A stretch of 64,000 nucleotides of DNA, from positions 10,390 to 74,389 of the forward strand of contig JACQHR010000032.1 in assembly GCA_016198905.1 (NCBI GenBank), in the 5' to 3' direction. The notes under the pieces are model-generated. The model had not been told where the DNA came from, searched no databases, and was given only the letters and a program-made list of their open reading frames with translations. This DNA comes from Candidatus Omnitrophota bacterium (lineage in GTDB: Bacteria; Omnitrophota; Gorgyraeia; Aquiviventales; Aquiviventaceae). The position numbers and the translations under genes were made by a program. Shown piece by piece: positions 1 through 9,241 of this stretch. Position 1 is the first letter of the stretch; every line of letters starts with the position of its first letter.

Positions 1-2560
1 CCGAGACGGCGACCGGTGGCGACGCCAGTGCCGTGGCCAACGATGACAGCCTCGCGGTGGACGACTCCGGCAACGGCTCGTTCAACTCGGCTAGCTCGGA
101 CAGCTCCGACAGTTCCGACAACAGCAACAGCTCGGACAACTCCAACAGTAGCAGCACCGATCAAGCCAATGCTGGCGATGACAGCGCCTCAGCGAACAAC
201 GGCTCGCTCGCGGTCGAGGACTCCGGCAACGGCAACGACCTCAGCAGCGACACCGAGCTGACGGATTCAGCTAACGCCGACAACTCCGATAACAGCGACA
301 ACTCGGACCACTCCAACAACAGCAGCACCGAGACCGAGACGGCGACCGGTGGCGACGCCAGTGCCGTGGCCAACGATGACAGCCTCGCGGTGGACGACTC
401 CGGCAACGGCTCCTTCAACTCGGCTAGCTCGGACAGCAGCAATAATTCCAACAGCAGCACGAACGATTCGAACAACGACAACAGCAGCGACAACAGCCAG
501 ACTGAGCAAGCCAATGGAGGCGAGGACAGCGCCAACGCCAACAACGGCAGTTTGGCCGTGGATGTGAACGACTCCGGCAACGACAGCTCGAACAACAGTG
601 ACAACAGCGACAACTCGGACCACTCCAACAACAGCAGCACCGAGACCGAGACGGCGACCGGTGGCGACGCCAGTGCCGTGGCCAACGATGACAGCCTCGC
701 GGTGTCCGACTCCGGCAACGGCTCCTTCAACTCCGACAACTCGGACCACTCCGACAACAGCAATACCGAGTCGGAGAGCGCGACTGGCGGCGAGGACAGC
801 GCGGCCGCCAACAACGGGTCGCTGGCAGTTGATGACTCCGGCAATGGTTCGTTCAACGAGTCGGAGAGCGCGACTGGCGGCGAGGACAGCGCTAACGCGA
901 ACAATGGCTCGCTGGCCGTGGATGTGAACGACTCTGGCAACGACAGCAGTGACAACTCCGATCACTCCGACAACAGCGTCAACGACAACTCGGACAACAG
1001 CGAAGCCGAAGTCGAGCACAGCGATGGGAGTGCTGCCGCCAACGGCGGCGGTGACGCCACCACCGACAACTCGGACCACTCCGACAACAGCAACACCGAG
1101 TCGGAGAGCGCGACTGGCGGCGAGGACAGCGCCAACGCGAACAACGGCAGTCTCGCGGTCGATGACTCCGGCAACGGGTCGTTCAACGATGACAACGACA
1201 CCGACAACTCAAACCAGAGTAACACGACCGATTCGAACAACGAGTCAGCCAACGGCGGCGAATCCAGCGCGAATGCCAACAATGGCAGTCTCGCGGTCGA
1301 TGACTCCGGCAACGGCTCCTTTAACTCGGACAGCAGCGAAGCCGAAGTCGAGAACGACAGTGACGGCAGCGCCGCAGCCAACAACGGCGGCATCGCCACG
1401 ACCGACAATTCAGACAACAGCACCGAGACCGAGTATGCGACTGGCGGCGATGACAGCGCCAACGCGAACAACGGCTCGCTGGCGATTGACGTCAACGACT
1501 CCGGCAACGACAGTAGTGACAACAGCGAAGCCGAAGTTGAAGGGAGCACCGGCAGCGCCGCATCCAATGGCGGTGATGCCACGACCGACAACTCGGACAA
1601 CAGCGACAGCAGCACCAACAACTCCGCGGACAACAAGGGCAATGCCGCCAACAACGGCTCCACGATTGTCGCGGACAACTCGGACAACAGCACCGACAAC
1701 AGCGACACCAACAGCGCGGACAACGCTGGTGCAGCGGCCAACGACGGCTCGCTGGCGGTTTCGGTGAGCGACTCGGGCAACAACAACGACCTGAGCTCTG
1801 CTGACAACAGCGGGGATGGGTCGGCCGCGAACAATGGCTCCACCGCTTATGGTGAGTCTGACGTCGATGGGAATGGCACTGCCGTCAACGGCACAGGCAA
1901 CACCGCCACGACCGACAACAGCACGGACAACAGCGACAACAACAGCGCCTCGGGTGAGGCCATTGTTGCGAACGACTACTCCGTCGTACTGTCCGCGCAG
2001 GACTCAGGCAACGACAACGATCTGAGTACGAACGACTCGTACAACGACAACTCGGACAACAGCGAAGCCGAGGTGAAGGACAGCACGGGCAGCGCCGCCG
2101 CGAACAACGGTGGGATCGCCTCTACGGACAACAGCACGAACGACTCCAACAACACCAACACCGACTCGTACAACACCGACAGCAGCACGGAGACCGAGTA
2201 CGCCACGGCCGGTGATGATGGAGCGGCGGCCAACAACGGAGGCCTCGCCATCGAGGACTCCGGCAACGACAACGACCTCAGCTCGCAATCCGCTGGGGAC
2301 GGGGCTGCGGCGAACAACCACTCCACTGCGCAAGGTGAAGCTGACGCCGAGGGTGGCAGTGCCGCGGCGCACGGCGGATCCACGGCGTACGTGAACAACT
2401 CCGACAACTCGGACAACAGCGACCACAGCGACCACAGCAAAGCAAAGGCTGAGGGCGCTAGCGCTGCTGCCAACGGCAGTGGCATCGCGTCGGTCGATAA
2501 CAGCGATCACTCCGACAACAGCGTGAACAACACCGCTGACGGCAAGGGGATCGTTGCCAA
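1..2560 (+). repeat. In-frame degenerate tandem repeat array inside the acidic protein gene
   Basis: The block ccgagacggcgaccggtggcgacgccagtgccgtggccaacgatgacagcctcgcggtg occurs at 1, 334 and 646, giving periods of 333 and 312 bp. About 130 bp around 289-425 is nearly identical to 601-712. Shorter gacaac/agc/tcg units recur along the whole gene. Confidence 0.85.
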
Positions 2561-2795
2561 CGACAACGCTGCAGTCTACGCAATCAATGACTCACAGCTC
2601 GACTTCAGCGACCACAGCGTGACCGAGACCTACACGATCCAGAACAACAACCCGACCGGTTTCTCGATCGGGGTTGGGGACAGCGCCTTCAACAACGTCC
2701 GTGGGATCGTGGGCGTCAACCAGGGTGTCAGCTCAGCCATTCGCTCCGAGGTCAACGTGAGCGTTGGCACCGTCAACACTGGGAGCCAACCCTAA
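1..2795 (+). CDS. Extremely acidic Asp/Ser/Asn/Gly-rich repeat protein (5' end outside window) with a Fap-amyloid-like C-terminal repeat
   Basis: The frame of ORF 33..2795 stays open to position 3: codons 3-32 read ETATGGDASAV, the same unit seen internally. The protein has almost no K, R or aromatic residues. It is built from degenerate units such as GG(D/E)DSANANNGSLAVDDSGNGSFN and DNSDNSDHS tracts. The last ~60 aa switch to GDSAFNNVRGIVGVNQGVSSAIRSEVNVSVGTVNTG. A hairpin terminator follows the gene. Confidence 0.8.
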   Translation, partial: ETATGGDASAVANDDSLAVDDSGNGSFNSASSDSSDSSDNSNSSDNSNSSSTDQANAGDDSASANNGSLAVEDSGNGNDLSSDTELTDSANADNSDNSDNSDHSNNSSTETETATGGDASAVANDDSLAVDDSGNGSFNSASSDSSNNSNSSTNDSNNDNSSDNSQTEQANGGEDSANANNGSLAVDVNDSGNDSSNNSDNSDNSDHSNNSSTETETATGGDASAVANDDSLAVSDSGNGSFNSDNSDHSDNSNTESESATGGEDSAAANNGSLAVDDSGNGSFNESESATGGEDSANANNGSLAVDVNDSGNDSSDNSDHSDNSVNDNSDNSEAEVEHSDGSAAANGGGDATTDNSDHSDNSNTESESATGGEDSANANNGSLAVDDSGNGSFNDDNDTDNSNQSNTTDSNNESANGGESSANANNGSLAVDDSGNGSFNSDSSEAEVENDSDGSAAANNGGIATTDNSDNSTETEYATGGDDSANANNGSLAIDVNDSGNDSSDNSEAEVEGSTGSAASNGGDATTDNSDNSDSSTNNSADNKGNAANNGSTIVADNSDNSTDNSDTNSADNAGAAANDGSLAVSVSDSGNNNDLSSADNSGDGSAANNGSTAYGESDVDGNGTAVNGTGNTATTDNSTDNSDNNSASGEAIVANDYSVVLSAQDSGNDNDLSTNDSYNDNSDNSEAEVKDSTGSAAANNGGIASTDNSTNDSNNTNTDSYNTDSSTETEYATAGDDGAAANNGGLAIEDSGNDNDLSSQSAGDGAAANNHSTAQGEADAEGGSAAAHGGSTAYVNNSDNSDNSDHSDHSKAKAEGASAAANGSGIASVDNSDHSDNSVNNTADGKGIVANDNAAVYAINDSQLDFSDHSVTETYTIQNNNPTGFSIGVGDSAFNNVRGIVGVNQGVSSAIRSEVNVSVGTVNTGSQP

Positions 2796-2809
2796 GTCAT
2801 AGGTACGGT

Positions 2810-2849
2810 CTGGCGGGGGAGGGGCCACCCTCCTCCGCCAGGATTTTTT
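2810..2849 (+). terminator. Rho-independent terminator/attenuator between the repeat-protein gene and the peptidase gene
   Basis: GC-rich hairpin ctggcgggggagggg/ccctcctccgccag (2810-2841) followed by a T6 run (2844-2849). It lies 15 nt after the stop codon and 14 nt before the next ATG. Confidence 0.6.
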
Positions 2850-2862
2850 CAAAGAAGGACGG

Positions 2863-3561
2863 ATGATGCGACAGAGCCTGGCAGGACTGATCGGAGTATG
2901 GCTGATGGCACAGGGCGCTGTGCAGGCAGCGGATCTTTCGTTTCGTCCGGCACAAGGCCTCCTGCGCGTTCACACTTCCGTTGAAAGTTTGCAGGAACGG
3001 CGCTGGAAACACATCGTCAAGCAAGGCATTGATATCAGCTGTGGCTCAGCCACACTAGCCACCATTCTGCAGTACCAATTTGGCGAGCAGGTTGATGAGA
3101 GCGCGCTCATTCGCACGATCCTCAACAACGTGAAACCTGAGGACGTGCGCCAGCGCGGCGGGTTTTCGTTGTTAGATCTCAAACGCGCAGCAACCGGTCT
3201 CGGCTATAGCGTGCAAGGCTACAAGCTCCCCCTAGAGGCGTTAGCGAAGATGGGCGCTCCGGCCATTGTGGCGCTGACGGTTCGTGGCCGAAAGCACTTT
3301 GTCGTGTTTCGCGGCATGGTCGGCGATCGCGTCGTGCTGGCGGATCCCGCCTTCGGCAACATCCTGTTGAAGGAGGACGATTTTCAGGCGTTCTGGCAAG
3401 GAGTAGCGCTCGTGCTCAAGAAGGACGGGAAGGAGCGCGCGCCGTCACTGTTGTCGATTCGCCAAGATGATCTCACGACGATGCAAATCCAGGAATCCGT
3501 GCACTCGAAGCTCGGGCGGGAGGCCGTCGTCTACTCCGTGATGGGCGCCGATGAATTCTAA
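2863..3561 (+). CDS. Periplasmic C39-family cysteine peptidase-like protein (FapD-like)
   Basis: Signal peptide MMRQSLAGLIGVWLMAQGAVQA. Catalytic-type Cys in GIDISCGSATLATILQY. His/Asp region RKHFVVFRGMVGDRVVLADP. Size 232 aa. Confidence 0.75.
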   Translation: MMRQSLAGLIGVWLMAQGAVQAADLSFRPAQGLLRVHTSVESLQERRWKHIVKQGIDISCGSATLATILQYQFGEQVDESALIRTILNNVKPEDVRQRGGFSLLDLKRAATGLGYSVQGYKLPLEALAKMGAPAIVALTVRGRKHFVVFRGMVGDRVVLADPAFGNILLKEDDFQAFWQGVALVLKKDGKERAPSLLSIRQDDLTTMQIQESVHSKLGREAVVYSVMGADEF

Positions 3562-4786
3562 CGGGCGCGGGCAACTGATCTTTGCCGTGGCGGTGGGCGC
3601 GGTCGTGGCCCTCATGGGGCAACTGCCCATGCAACGAAAACTGCAGAACCTGGAACAAGAGGTCTCGCAGCTGCGCCAGCAAATCGCCCAGCAATCGATC
3701 GCGGCGCACGAGATACCGGTGCGCATGGCGGGGTTTTTTAATACGGCGGATGGATCGCTTCCATCCTTATCTTCTCCATCTTCTCCGCTACGCGTGGCCC
3801 AGGCGACCCCTGCATCCTATGAGGATGGGGCCCAGGTAATGAGCGAACGCGAGCTCGATGCGATCTTTGCAGGCGCGGGCGTCGTCGGACCAGGACCCGC
3901 CGCATCAGCTGCGGCGGCCGCGGCGCTGGCCTCCGGTGAAACGGAAGGAGCCGCGACGCGTCTCATTCCCCGGGTAGACCGTGGCGGCGTCTTGTTGCCC
4001 AAAGGTCGCCTGCAGGTGGAGCCCACGATCTCCTACAGCCACCTGTCAAGCAACCGTGTGGGACTGTCAGGATTTTCCGTCTTCGACGTCATCTTTATCG
4101 GTGAAATCCGTTCGGATGAGATCAATCGCGACATTGTCACCTCATCGGTGAATACGCGCTACGGAGTGACCAACAATCTTGAAGTCGAGCTCGATGTCCC
4201 GACCCAGTTTCAGTACGAAGAAGTCCTCAGCGGACCCATCGAAAATCGCGAACAGAGCATCCAAAGCCGCGGCGGCCTCAACGATATCAGCGCGGCCATG
4301 TTCTATCAGTTTGTGCGCGAGCACGGGGCGATGCCCAGCCTGATCGCGAATATGAAGCTCAGAGCCCCGACGGGGCAGGCCCCGAAGCTCGGGTCGGGGA
4401 CGTGGGGCGTGAAGGGCGGCTTGACGATGGTCAAGACGTCCGATCCCGTCGCCCTCTTCTCAAACGTGGGCTACTCCTTGAATCTTCCCGGGACGGTGAA
4501 CGGCCTGTCCATCGATCCTGGAGACTCGTTCGAATACAGCGCGGGCTTGGCGTACGCGCTCAACTATCATCTCGCGGTCAACGGCGGCTTTGAGCAGATT
4601 TTTATCGGCGAATCCAAATCCGGCGGAGGCTCCATCAAAGGCAGTCGCTTGGTGATTTCCAACCTCAAGGCCGGCATCAACTACGCGCTGACGAAGAACC
4701 TCAGCCTCGATTTCTCTGTCGGGGCAGGGCTCACCGAAGATTCTCCTGACGTGACCGTGACGTTCAGTCTCCCCTACACGTTTTAG
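3551..4786 (+). CDS. Outer-membrane beta-barrel protein with N-terminal coiled coil (FapF-like architecture)
   Basis: Overlaps the upstream gene by 11 nt. Hydrophobic N-terminus, heptad segment LQNLEQEVSQLRQQIAQQ, and a Pro/Ala/Ser linker. The C-terminal ~270 aa show an alternating amphipathic pattern and end LPYTF, a C-terminal Phe typical of OMPs. Confidence 0.65.
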   Translation: MNSNGRGQLIFAVAVGAVVALMGQLPMQRKLQNLEQEVSQLRQQIAQQSIAAHEIPVRMAGFFNTADGSLPSLSSPSSPLRVAQATPASYEDGAQVMSERELDAIFAGAGVVGPGPAASAAAAAALASGETEGAATRLIPRVDRGGVLLPKGRLQVEPTISYSHLSSNRVGLSGFSVFDVIFIGEIRSDEINRDIVTSSVNTRYGVTNNLEVELDVPTQFQYEEVLSGPIENREQSIQSRGGLNDISAAMFYQFVREHGAMPSLIANMKLRAPTGQAPKLGSGTWGVKGGLTMVKTSDPVALFSNVGYSLNLPGTVNGLSIDPGDSFEYSAGLAYALNYHLAVNGGFEQIFIGESKSGGGSIKGSRLVISNLKAGINYALTKNLSLDFSVGAGLTEDSPDVTVTFSLPYTF

Positions 4787-4947
4787 CACGACCTTGCCGT
4801 CCTCGACGGCGGGACTCCCCTCAGGTGCCACGCGCGCCCGCGCACACGCTACGGGTCCTTCTAAGCGCATTGCGTCAGACACCGCGTCGCGCGATCCGCT
4901 TTCTGTTATCATAATGCCGACATGGGGCGTCAGGACCTTCCGTTAGC

Positions 4948-7497
4948 GTGACAGCGATGATCGATCCGAAAACCATCAGCGGCCTCTCTGTCCAGGAGGC
5001 GGCCAGTCGACTGGCCGTCGAGGGCTATAACGAATTGCCCTCGAAGAGTCGTCACACGCTGCTGGCGCTCGCCGTGGATGTGCTTCGGGAGCCCATGATC
5101 CTGCTCCTCGTGGCGTGCGGAGCGATCTACCTGGTGCTCGGGGATACGCGAGAGGCGCTCCTGCTCGTCGGTTCCATTGGCGTCATCATCGGGATCAGCC
5201 TGTATCAGGGGAGCAAGACCGAGCGCGCCCTCGAAGCCCTCCATGATCTTTCCAGCCCACGGGCGTTGGTCATCCGGGACGGCCAGCAGCGGCGTATTCC
5301 TGGACGCGAGGTCGTCCGGGGCGACAGCATCGTGCTCGCCGAGGGCGACCGGGTCCCGGCGGACGGTGTCGTGCGCTCATGCTCGCATCTGGCCGTCGAT
5401 GAGTCGCTCCTGACGGGTGAGTCGATGCCGGTTGGCAAGCGCGTGTCATCCGATGGACGCGCGATGGAGCGCCCCGGCGGGGGCGACGACCAACCCTGCG
5501 TGTATGCCGGCACGCTCGTCGTGCAAGGACAGGCCATCGCGGAAGTCCTTGCCATCGGCCTGCAGACAGAGATGGGTACCATCGGCAAGGCGCTGCAGAC
5601 GATCGAGCCGGAAGACACGCGCGTGCAGCGCGAAGTGGGACGCGTGGTGCGCGTGTTTGCCTTCGTCGGCATTTCGCTGTGCGTGTTCGTGGCGATTGTG
5701 TACGGCATCACGCATCAGGATTGGCTGCACGGCTTGCTCGCAGGATTGACGCTGGCCATCTCCATGATCCCTGAGGAGCTGCCCGTCGTGCTCACCGTTT
5801 TTCTGGCGCTCGGCGCATGGCGCATTTCTCGACGAGGCGTCCTGACGCGCCGCGTGCCCGCGGTGGAAATGCTCGGCGCGGCTACGGTGCTGTGCGCGGA
5901 TAAGACGGGTACGCTGACCCTCAACCGCATGACGGTTCAACGCCTCTACGCGCAAGGGCACTGGTGCACGATCGCTTCTGAGGACGAGGGGCCATTGCCC
6001 GAGCACTGCCATGAGCTGGCGGAGCTGAGCATTTTGGCCAGCCATCGCGACCCCTTTGATCCGACCGAACAGGCGCTGCAACGGCTGGGGTCTCGCGTGC
6101 ATCCGGAACATTTACAAGAAGGATGGACTATCGTGCGCGAGTACCCGATGTCGCGGGAGCTGTTGGCGATGTCGCACGTGCGTCGCTCGCCCGATGGACG
6201 CACGCACGTGGTCGCGGCGAAGGGAGCACCCGAGGCGATCGCGGAGATCTGCCGTTTTAGCTCGAGCCAGACGCAAACTCTGGCGGAGACGGTGACCACG
6301 ATGGCACGCGACGGCCTGCGCGTGTTGGGCGTCGCGAAATCCGAAGTGCTCGATGGCGTCATTCCGGATGCGCAACGCGAGTTTACCTTCCAATTTGTCG
6401 GGTTGGTGGGATTGGTCGACCCGGTGCGTCCTGCGGTGCCGGATGCGATCAAGGAATGTCAGACGGCAGGCATCCGCGTCGTCATGATGACCGGCGACTA
6501 TCCGGCCACGGCCCAGCACATCGCGTCGCATATCGGGCTGAGTCCTGTCAGCGACGTCATCAGCGGCAAAGGCTTGGATGCGATGGACGAGGCGACCCTG
6601 CGAAACCGCATCCGCAGCACCAACCTGTTCGCGCGCATCGTGCCGGAGCAGAAGTTGCGGTTGGTCAACGCGTTCAAGGCCAACGGAGAGGTCGTGGCGA
6701 TGACGGGCGATGGCGTCAACGATGCGCCGGCCCTGAAAGCGGCGCATATCGGAATTGCCATGGGCGCGCGCGGGACGGACGTGGCGCGCGAAGCCGCAGC
6801 ACTCGTGCTCTTGGACGATGACTTCTCCTCGATCGTCCACGCGATTCGGTTGGGCCGGCGCGTCTTCGATAACCTCAAGAAAGCGATGGCCTACATCTTC
6901 GCGGTGCACGTCCCGATCGCAGGCTTGGCCCTCATCCCCGTGCTCTTTCACTGGCCGCTCATTCTCCTGCCCGTGCACATCGTGTTTCTCGAGTTGATCA
7001 TCGATCCGGTCTGCTCGATCGTGTTTGAAGCCGAGCCGGCGGAAGCGAACGTGATGACCCGTCCGCCACGCCATCCGCAGGAACCGCTCTTTGGGGCGCG
7101 CACGGTGATCCTGAGCCTGCTGCAGGGGATGAGCGTGCTGCTCATCGTGCTTGCCGTGTTTGTGGTGGCGCGGGCGCGAGGCCACACCGAGGGAGAGGCG
7201 CGCGCCCTCACCTTTACCACGCTCATCATCGCGAACCTGGCACTCATCTTGACGAACCGGTCGTGGTCTCGCAGCATCCTGAGCACGCTGCGCGAGCCCA
7301 ATGCCGCATTGTGGTGGGTCATGGCCGGCGCACTGACCGTCCTCGCGCTCGTCCTGTCTGTGCCGTGGCTGCGGGAGTTATTCCGTTTTGCCGCGTTGCA
7401 CATGGACGATCTGATCGTCTGCCTGGTGGCCGGGACCGTCAGCATCCTCTGGTTTGAAGGCTTGAAAGTGCTTTCCGCTCATCGAAATTCCAGTTGA
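4948..7497 (+). CDS. P-type cation-transporting ATPase (P2-type, Ca2+/Mg2+-like)
   Basis: Motifs LTGES, CADKTGTLT (phosphorylation site) and MTGDGVNDAPALK. About 10 TM segments, 849 aa. The start may be GTG 4948 or ATG 4957. Confidence 0.9.
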   Translation: MTAMIDPKTISGLSVQEAASRLAVEGYNELPSKSRHTLLALAVDVLREPMILLLVACGAIYLVLGDTREALLLVGSIGVIIGISLYQGSKTERALEALHDLSSPRALVIRDGQQRRIPGREVVRGDSIVLAEGDRVPADGVVRSCSHLAVDESLLTGESMPVGKRVSSDGRAMERPGGGDDQPCVYAGTLVVQGQAIAEVLAIGLQTEMGTIGKALQTIEPEDTRVQREVGRVVRVFAFVGISLCVFVAIVYGITHQDWLHGLLAGLTLAISMIPEELPVVLTVFLALGAWRISRRGVLTRRVPAVEMLGAATVLCADKTGTLTLNRMTVQRLYAQGHWCTIASEDEGPLPEHCHELAELSILASHRDPFDPTEQALQRLGSRVHPEHLQEGWTIVREYPMSRELLAMSHVRRSPDGRTHVVAAKGAPEAIAEICRFSSSQTQTLAETVTTMARDGLRVLGVAKSEVLDGVIPDAQREFTFQFVGLVGLVDPVRPAVPDAIKECQTAGIRVVMMTGDYPATAQHIASHIGLSPVSDVISGKGLDAMDEATLRNRIRSTNLFARIVPEQKLRLVNAFKANGEVVAMTGDGVNDAPALKAAHIGIAMGARGTDVAREAAALVLLDDDFSSIVHAIRLGRRVFDNLKKAMAYIFAVHVPIAGLALIPVLFHWPLILLPVHIVFLELIIDPVCSIVFEAEPAEANVMTRPPRHPQEPLFGARTVILSLLQGMSVLLIVLAVFVVARARGHTEGEARALTFTTLIIANLALILTNRSWSRSILSTLREPNAALWWVMAGALTVLALVLSVPWLRELFRFAALHMDDLIVCLVAGTVSILWFEGLKVLSAHRNSS

Positions 7498-7530
7498 CGG
7501 TAGACCACTCTCGAAGGTAGGCTGACGATC

Positions 7531-8187
7531 ATGACCCTTGAACCGTTTTTCCAGTCGATCTCCCTGTTGAAGCGATTGAGCGCGTCGGAACGCCAGCGAC
7601 TCGCCGAGGTCTCCCGGGAAAAGCGTTACGCCAAAGGCGAAGCCGTGTTTCGCCAAGGCGATCCGGCTGAAGCCGTGTGCATCGTGAAGGAGGGTCGCGT
7701 CCATCTCATGAAGTTTCATGACGAAGGACAGGCTTCCACCACGTGCGTGATGACGCCGGGAGAAATCTTCTGCTGTCTGCCCGCGCTGGATCGCAAGCCC
7801 TATCCGGTCGATGCGATTGCGGCCGTCGATTCCATCATCGTGCGCATTCCCACGACGTCTTTTCATGAGCTGCTCCAGAAAAATCCCGCATTTCTCGAAG
7901 CGTCGTTATGCCTGTTCTGCGAACGGCTGCGCCAAGTCGAGAACCAAAGCTGCATGGTCTATGATTCGGTGGAGCGCCGACTGGCGCAGGTGCTGCTGAC
8001 CTTGTCCGAGAAATTTGGCCCTACGATTCCGCTCACCAAGCACGAGCTCGCCGAGATGGCCAACACCACCGTTGAGACCACCATCCGCATCCTCAGCCAT
8101 CTGAAGAAGCAAGGTGCGATCAAGTCTTCGAGAGGCTCGACGACCATCGTCAAGCCCGACATGCTGCGCGACCTCGCAAGTTCGTAA
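7531..8187 (+). CDS. Crp/Fnr-family transcriptional regulator (no N-terminal Cys cluster)
   Basis: cNMP-binding-like barrel (GEAVFRQGDPAEAVCIVKEGRV) plus a C-terminal HTH (LTKHELAEMANTTVETTIRILSHLKKQG). Confidence 0.85.
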   Translation: MTLEPFFQSISLLKRLSASERQRLAEVSREKRYAKGEAVFRQGDPAEAVCIVKEGRVHLMKFHDEGQASTTCVMTPGEIFCCLPALDRKPYPVDAIAAVDSIIVRIPTTSFHELLQKNPAFLEASLCLFCERLRQVENQSCMVYDSVERRLAQVLLTLSEKFGPTIPLTKHELAEMANTTVETTIRILSHLKKQGAIKSSRGSTTIVKPDMLRDLASS

Positions 8188-8395
8188 GGCGTCTCTGCAG
8201 GCTACGCGTTCATCTTAAGGGCGGACGCCCAGGCATGAAACCGCATCAGGCCCCTCCGCAAGATTCTATGATGCACCTCATAGACGTGCGCCATCCGAAG
8301 CATAAGCTAAAAGCCAGGATACGTGTGGCGCGCAGCTCGCGCGCTAGTGGGCCATAAGGGGCTGCCTGGCGCGGGGCTCACGACGGGAGGCTGCG

Positions 8396-8857
8396 ATGGC
8401 ACTCATCAAGTGGAGCGGGCAAAACGTGTGGGAACCGTTTCGGGAACTGGGGCAGTTGCAAGAAGAGATCAATCGGGTCTTCGGCAGATCGCTCGCGCCG
8501 GTGGAGTGGTTACCAAAGAACGGCGGGGAATGGGTGCCGAAAGTGGATATCGTGGAGGAGAAAGATCGCATCCTAGTGCGCACAGATTTGCCTGGAATGA
8601 AGCAAGAAGACATCAGCGTCGAAGTGGAAGGCGACCTGCTCACCATGACAGGCGAACGCAAGCACGAGTATGAAAAGAAGGAAGGACAAGCCTTTCGTAT
8701 TGAACGCAGCTACGGGACGTTCATGAGGAGTTTTACGCTTCCCTCGACGGTGGATGCCACCAAGGTCAACGCGGCATACAAAAACGGCGTGCTCGAAATT
8801 TCGCTGCCAAAACGAGAAGGGACGAAGGCGAAGCATATCACCGTCGACGTCAAGTAA
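8396..8857 (+). CDS. Hsp20/alpha-crystallin small heat-shock protein
   Basis: 153 aa with alpha-crystallin domain features: VDIVEEKDRILVRTDLPGMKQEDISVEVEGDLLTMTGER...FTLPSTVD...AYKNGVLEISLPK. Confidence 0.9.
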   Translation: MALIKWSGQNVWEPFRELGQLQEEINRVFGRSLAPVEWLPKNGGEWVPKVDIVEEKDRILVRTDLPGMKQEDISVEVEGDLLTMTGERKHEYEKKEGQAFRIERSYGTFMRSFTLPSTVDATKVNAAYKNGVLEISLPKREGTKAKHITVDVK

Positions 8858-8920
8858 ATCGCGCCGGAGAGCGGGGAGTCTCCGGGGCGGCGTGGCATGC
8901 GGTCATTGGGAGGATGCGCC

Positions 8921-9241
8921 ATGGTGACAGAGACGAACCGGTTAGCAACGGATGTCCGGTGGGAACCTCCGAACAGGATCAGTGCGCCGAGGTCGTTAAT
9001 GACTCAGATTGGAGTCCTCGAGGGCGAGGTGTTGGCGTTTCTCGATGAGCACGGCAGTACGTCGATGCGTCGGCTCACGCGGGAACTCGACGGACCGTCC
9101 CCACTGATCATGATGGCCATTGGTGCGCTCGTGCGGCAGGGGTTGATCCGCGTAGTCCAGCACGATCTGGAGGTCATCTTCGAGCCGATCGAGACGATGT
9201 CGCAAGCGACTGAGCCAATCCCCGAAGTGTGGGGCGGCTGA
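8921..9241 (+). CDS. Small winged-helix-like protein, function unknown
   Basis: The ATG at 8921 is preceded by ggagga. Segment VLAFLDEHGSTSMRRLTRELDGPSPLIMMAIGALVRQGLIRV resembles a wHTH fold. The ORF track starts earlier, at 8897. Confidence 0.45.
   Translation: MVTETNRLATDVRWEPPNRISAPRSLMTQIGVLEGEVLAFLDEHGSTSMRRLTRELDGPSPLIMMAIGALVRQGLIRVVQHDLEVIFEPIETMSQATEPIPEVWGG

Noticed and set aside
161-2510. Several long minus-strand and alternative-frame ORFs (for example 161..955, 267..1079, 962..1843, 949..1767, 1976..2485) inside the acidic repeat gene
   Set aside because: They are low-complexity shadows (Leu/Ser/Ala/Thr/Pro runs) of the repetitive GC-rich coding strand. Only the 33..2795 frame gives a coherent repeat protein with a downstream terminator.
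1-2600. Repeat array considered as a possible CRISPR or non-coding satellite
   Set aside because: The repeats are in-frame multiples of 3 inside one long ORF. There is no repeat-spacer alternation with unique spacers, and no cas genes are nearby.
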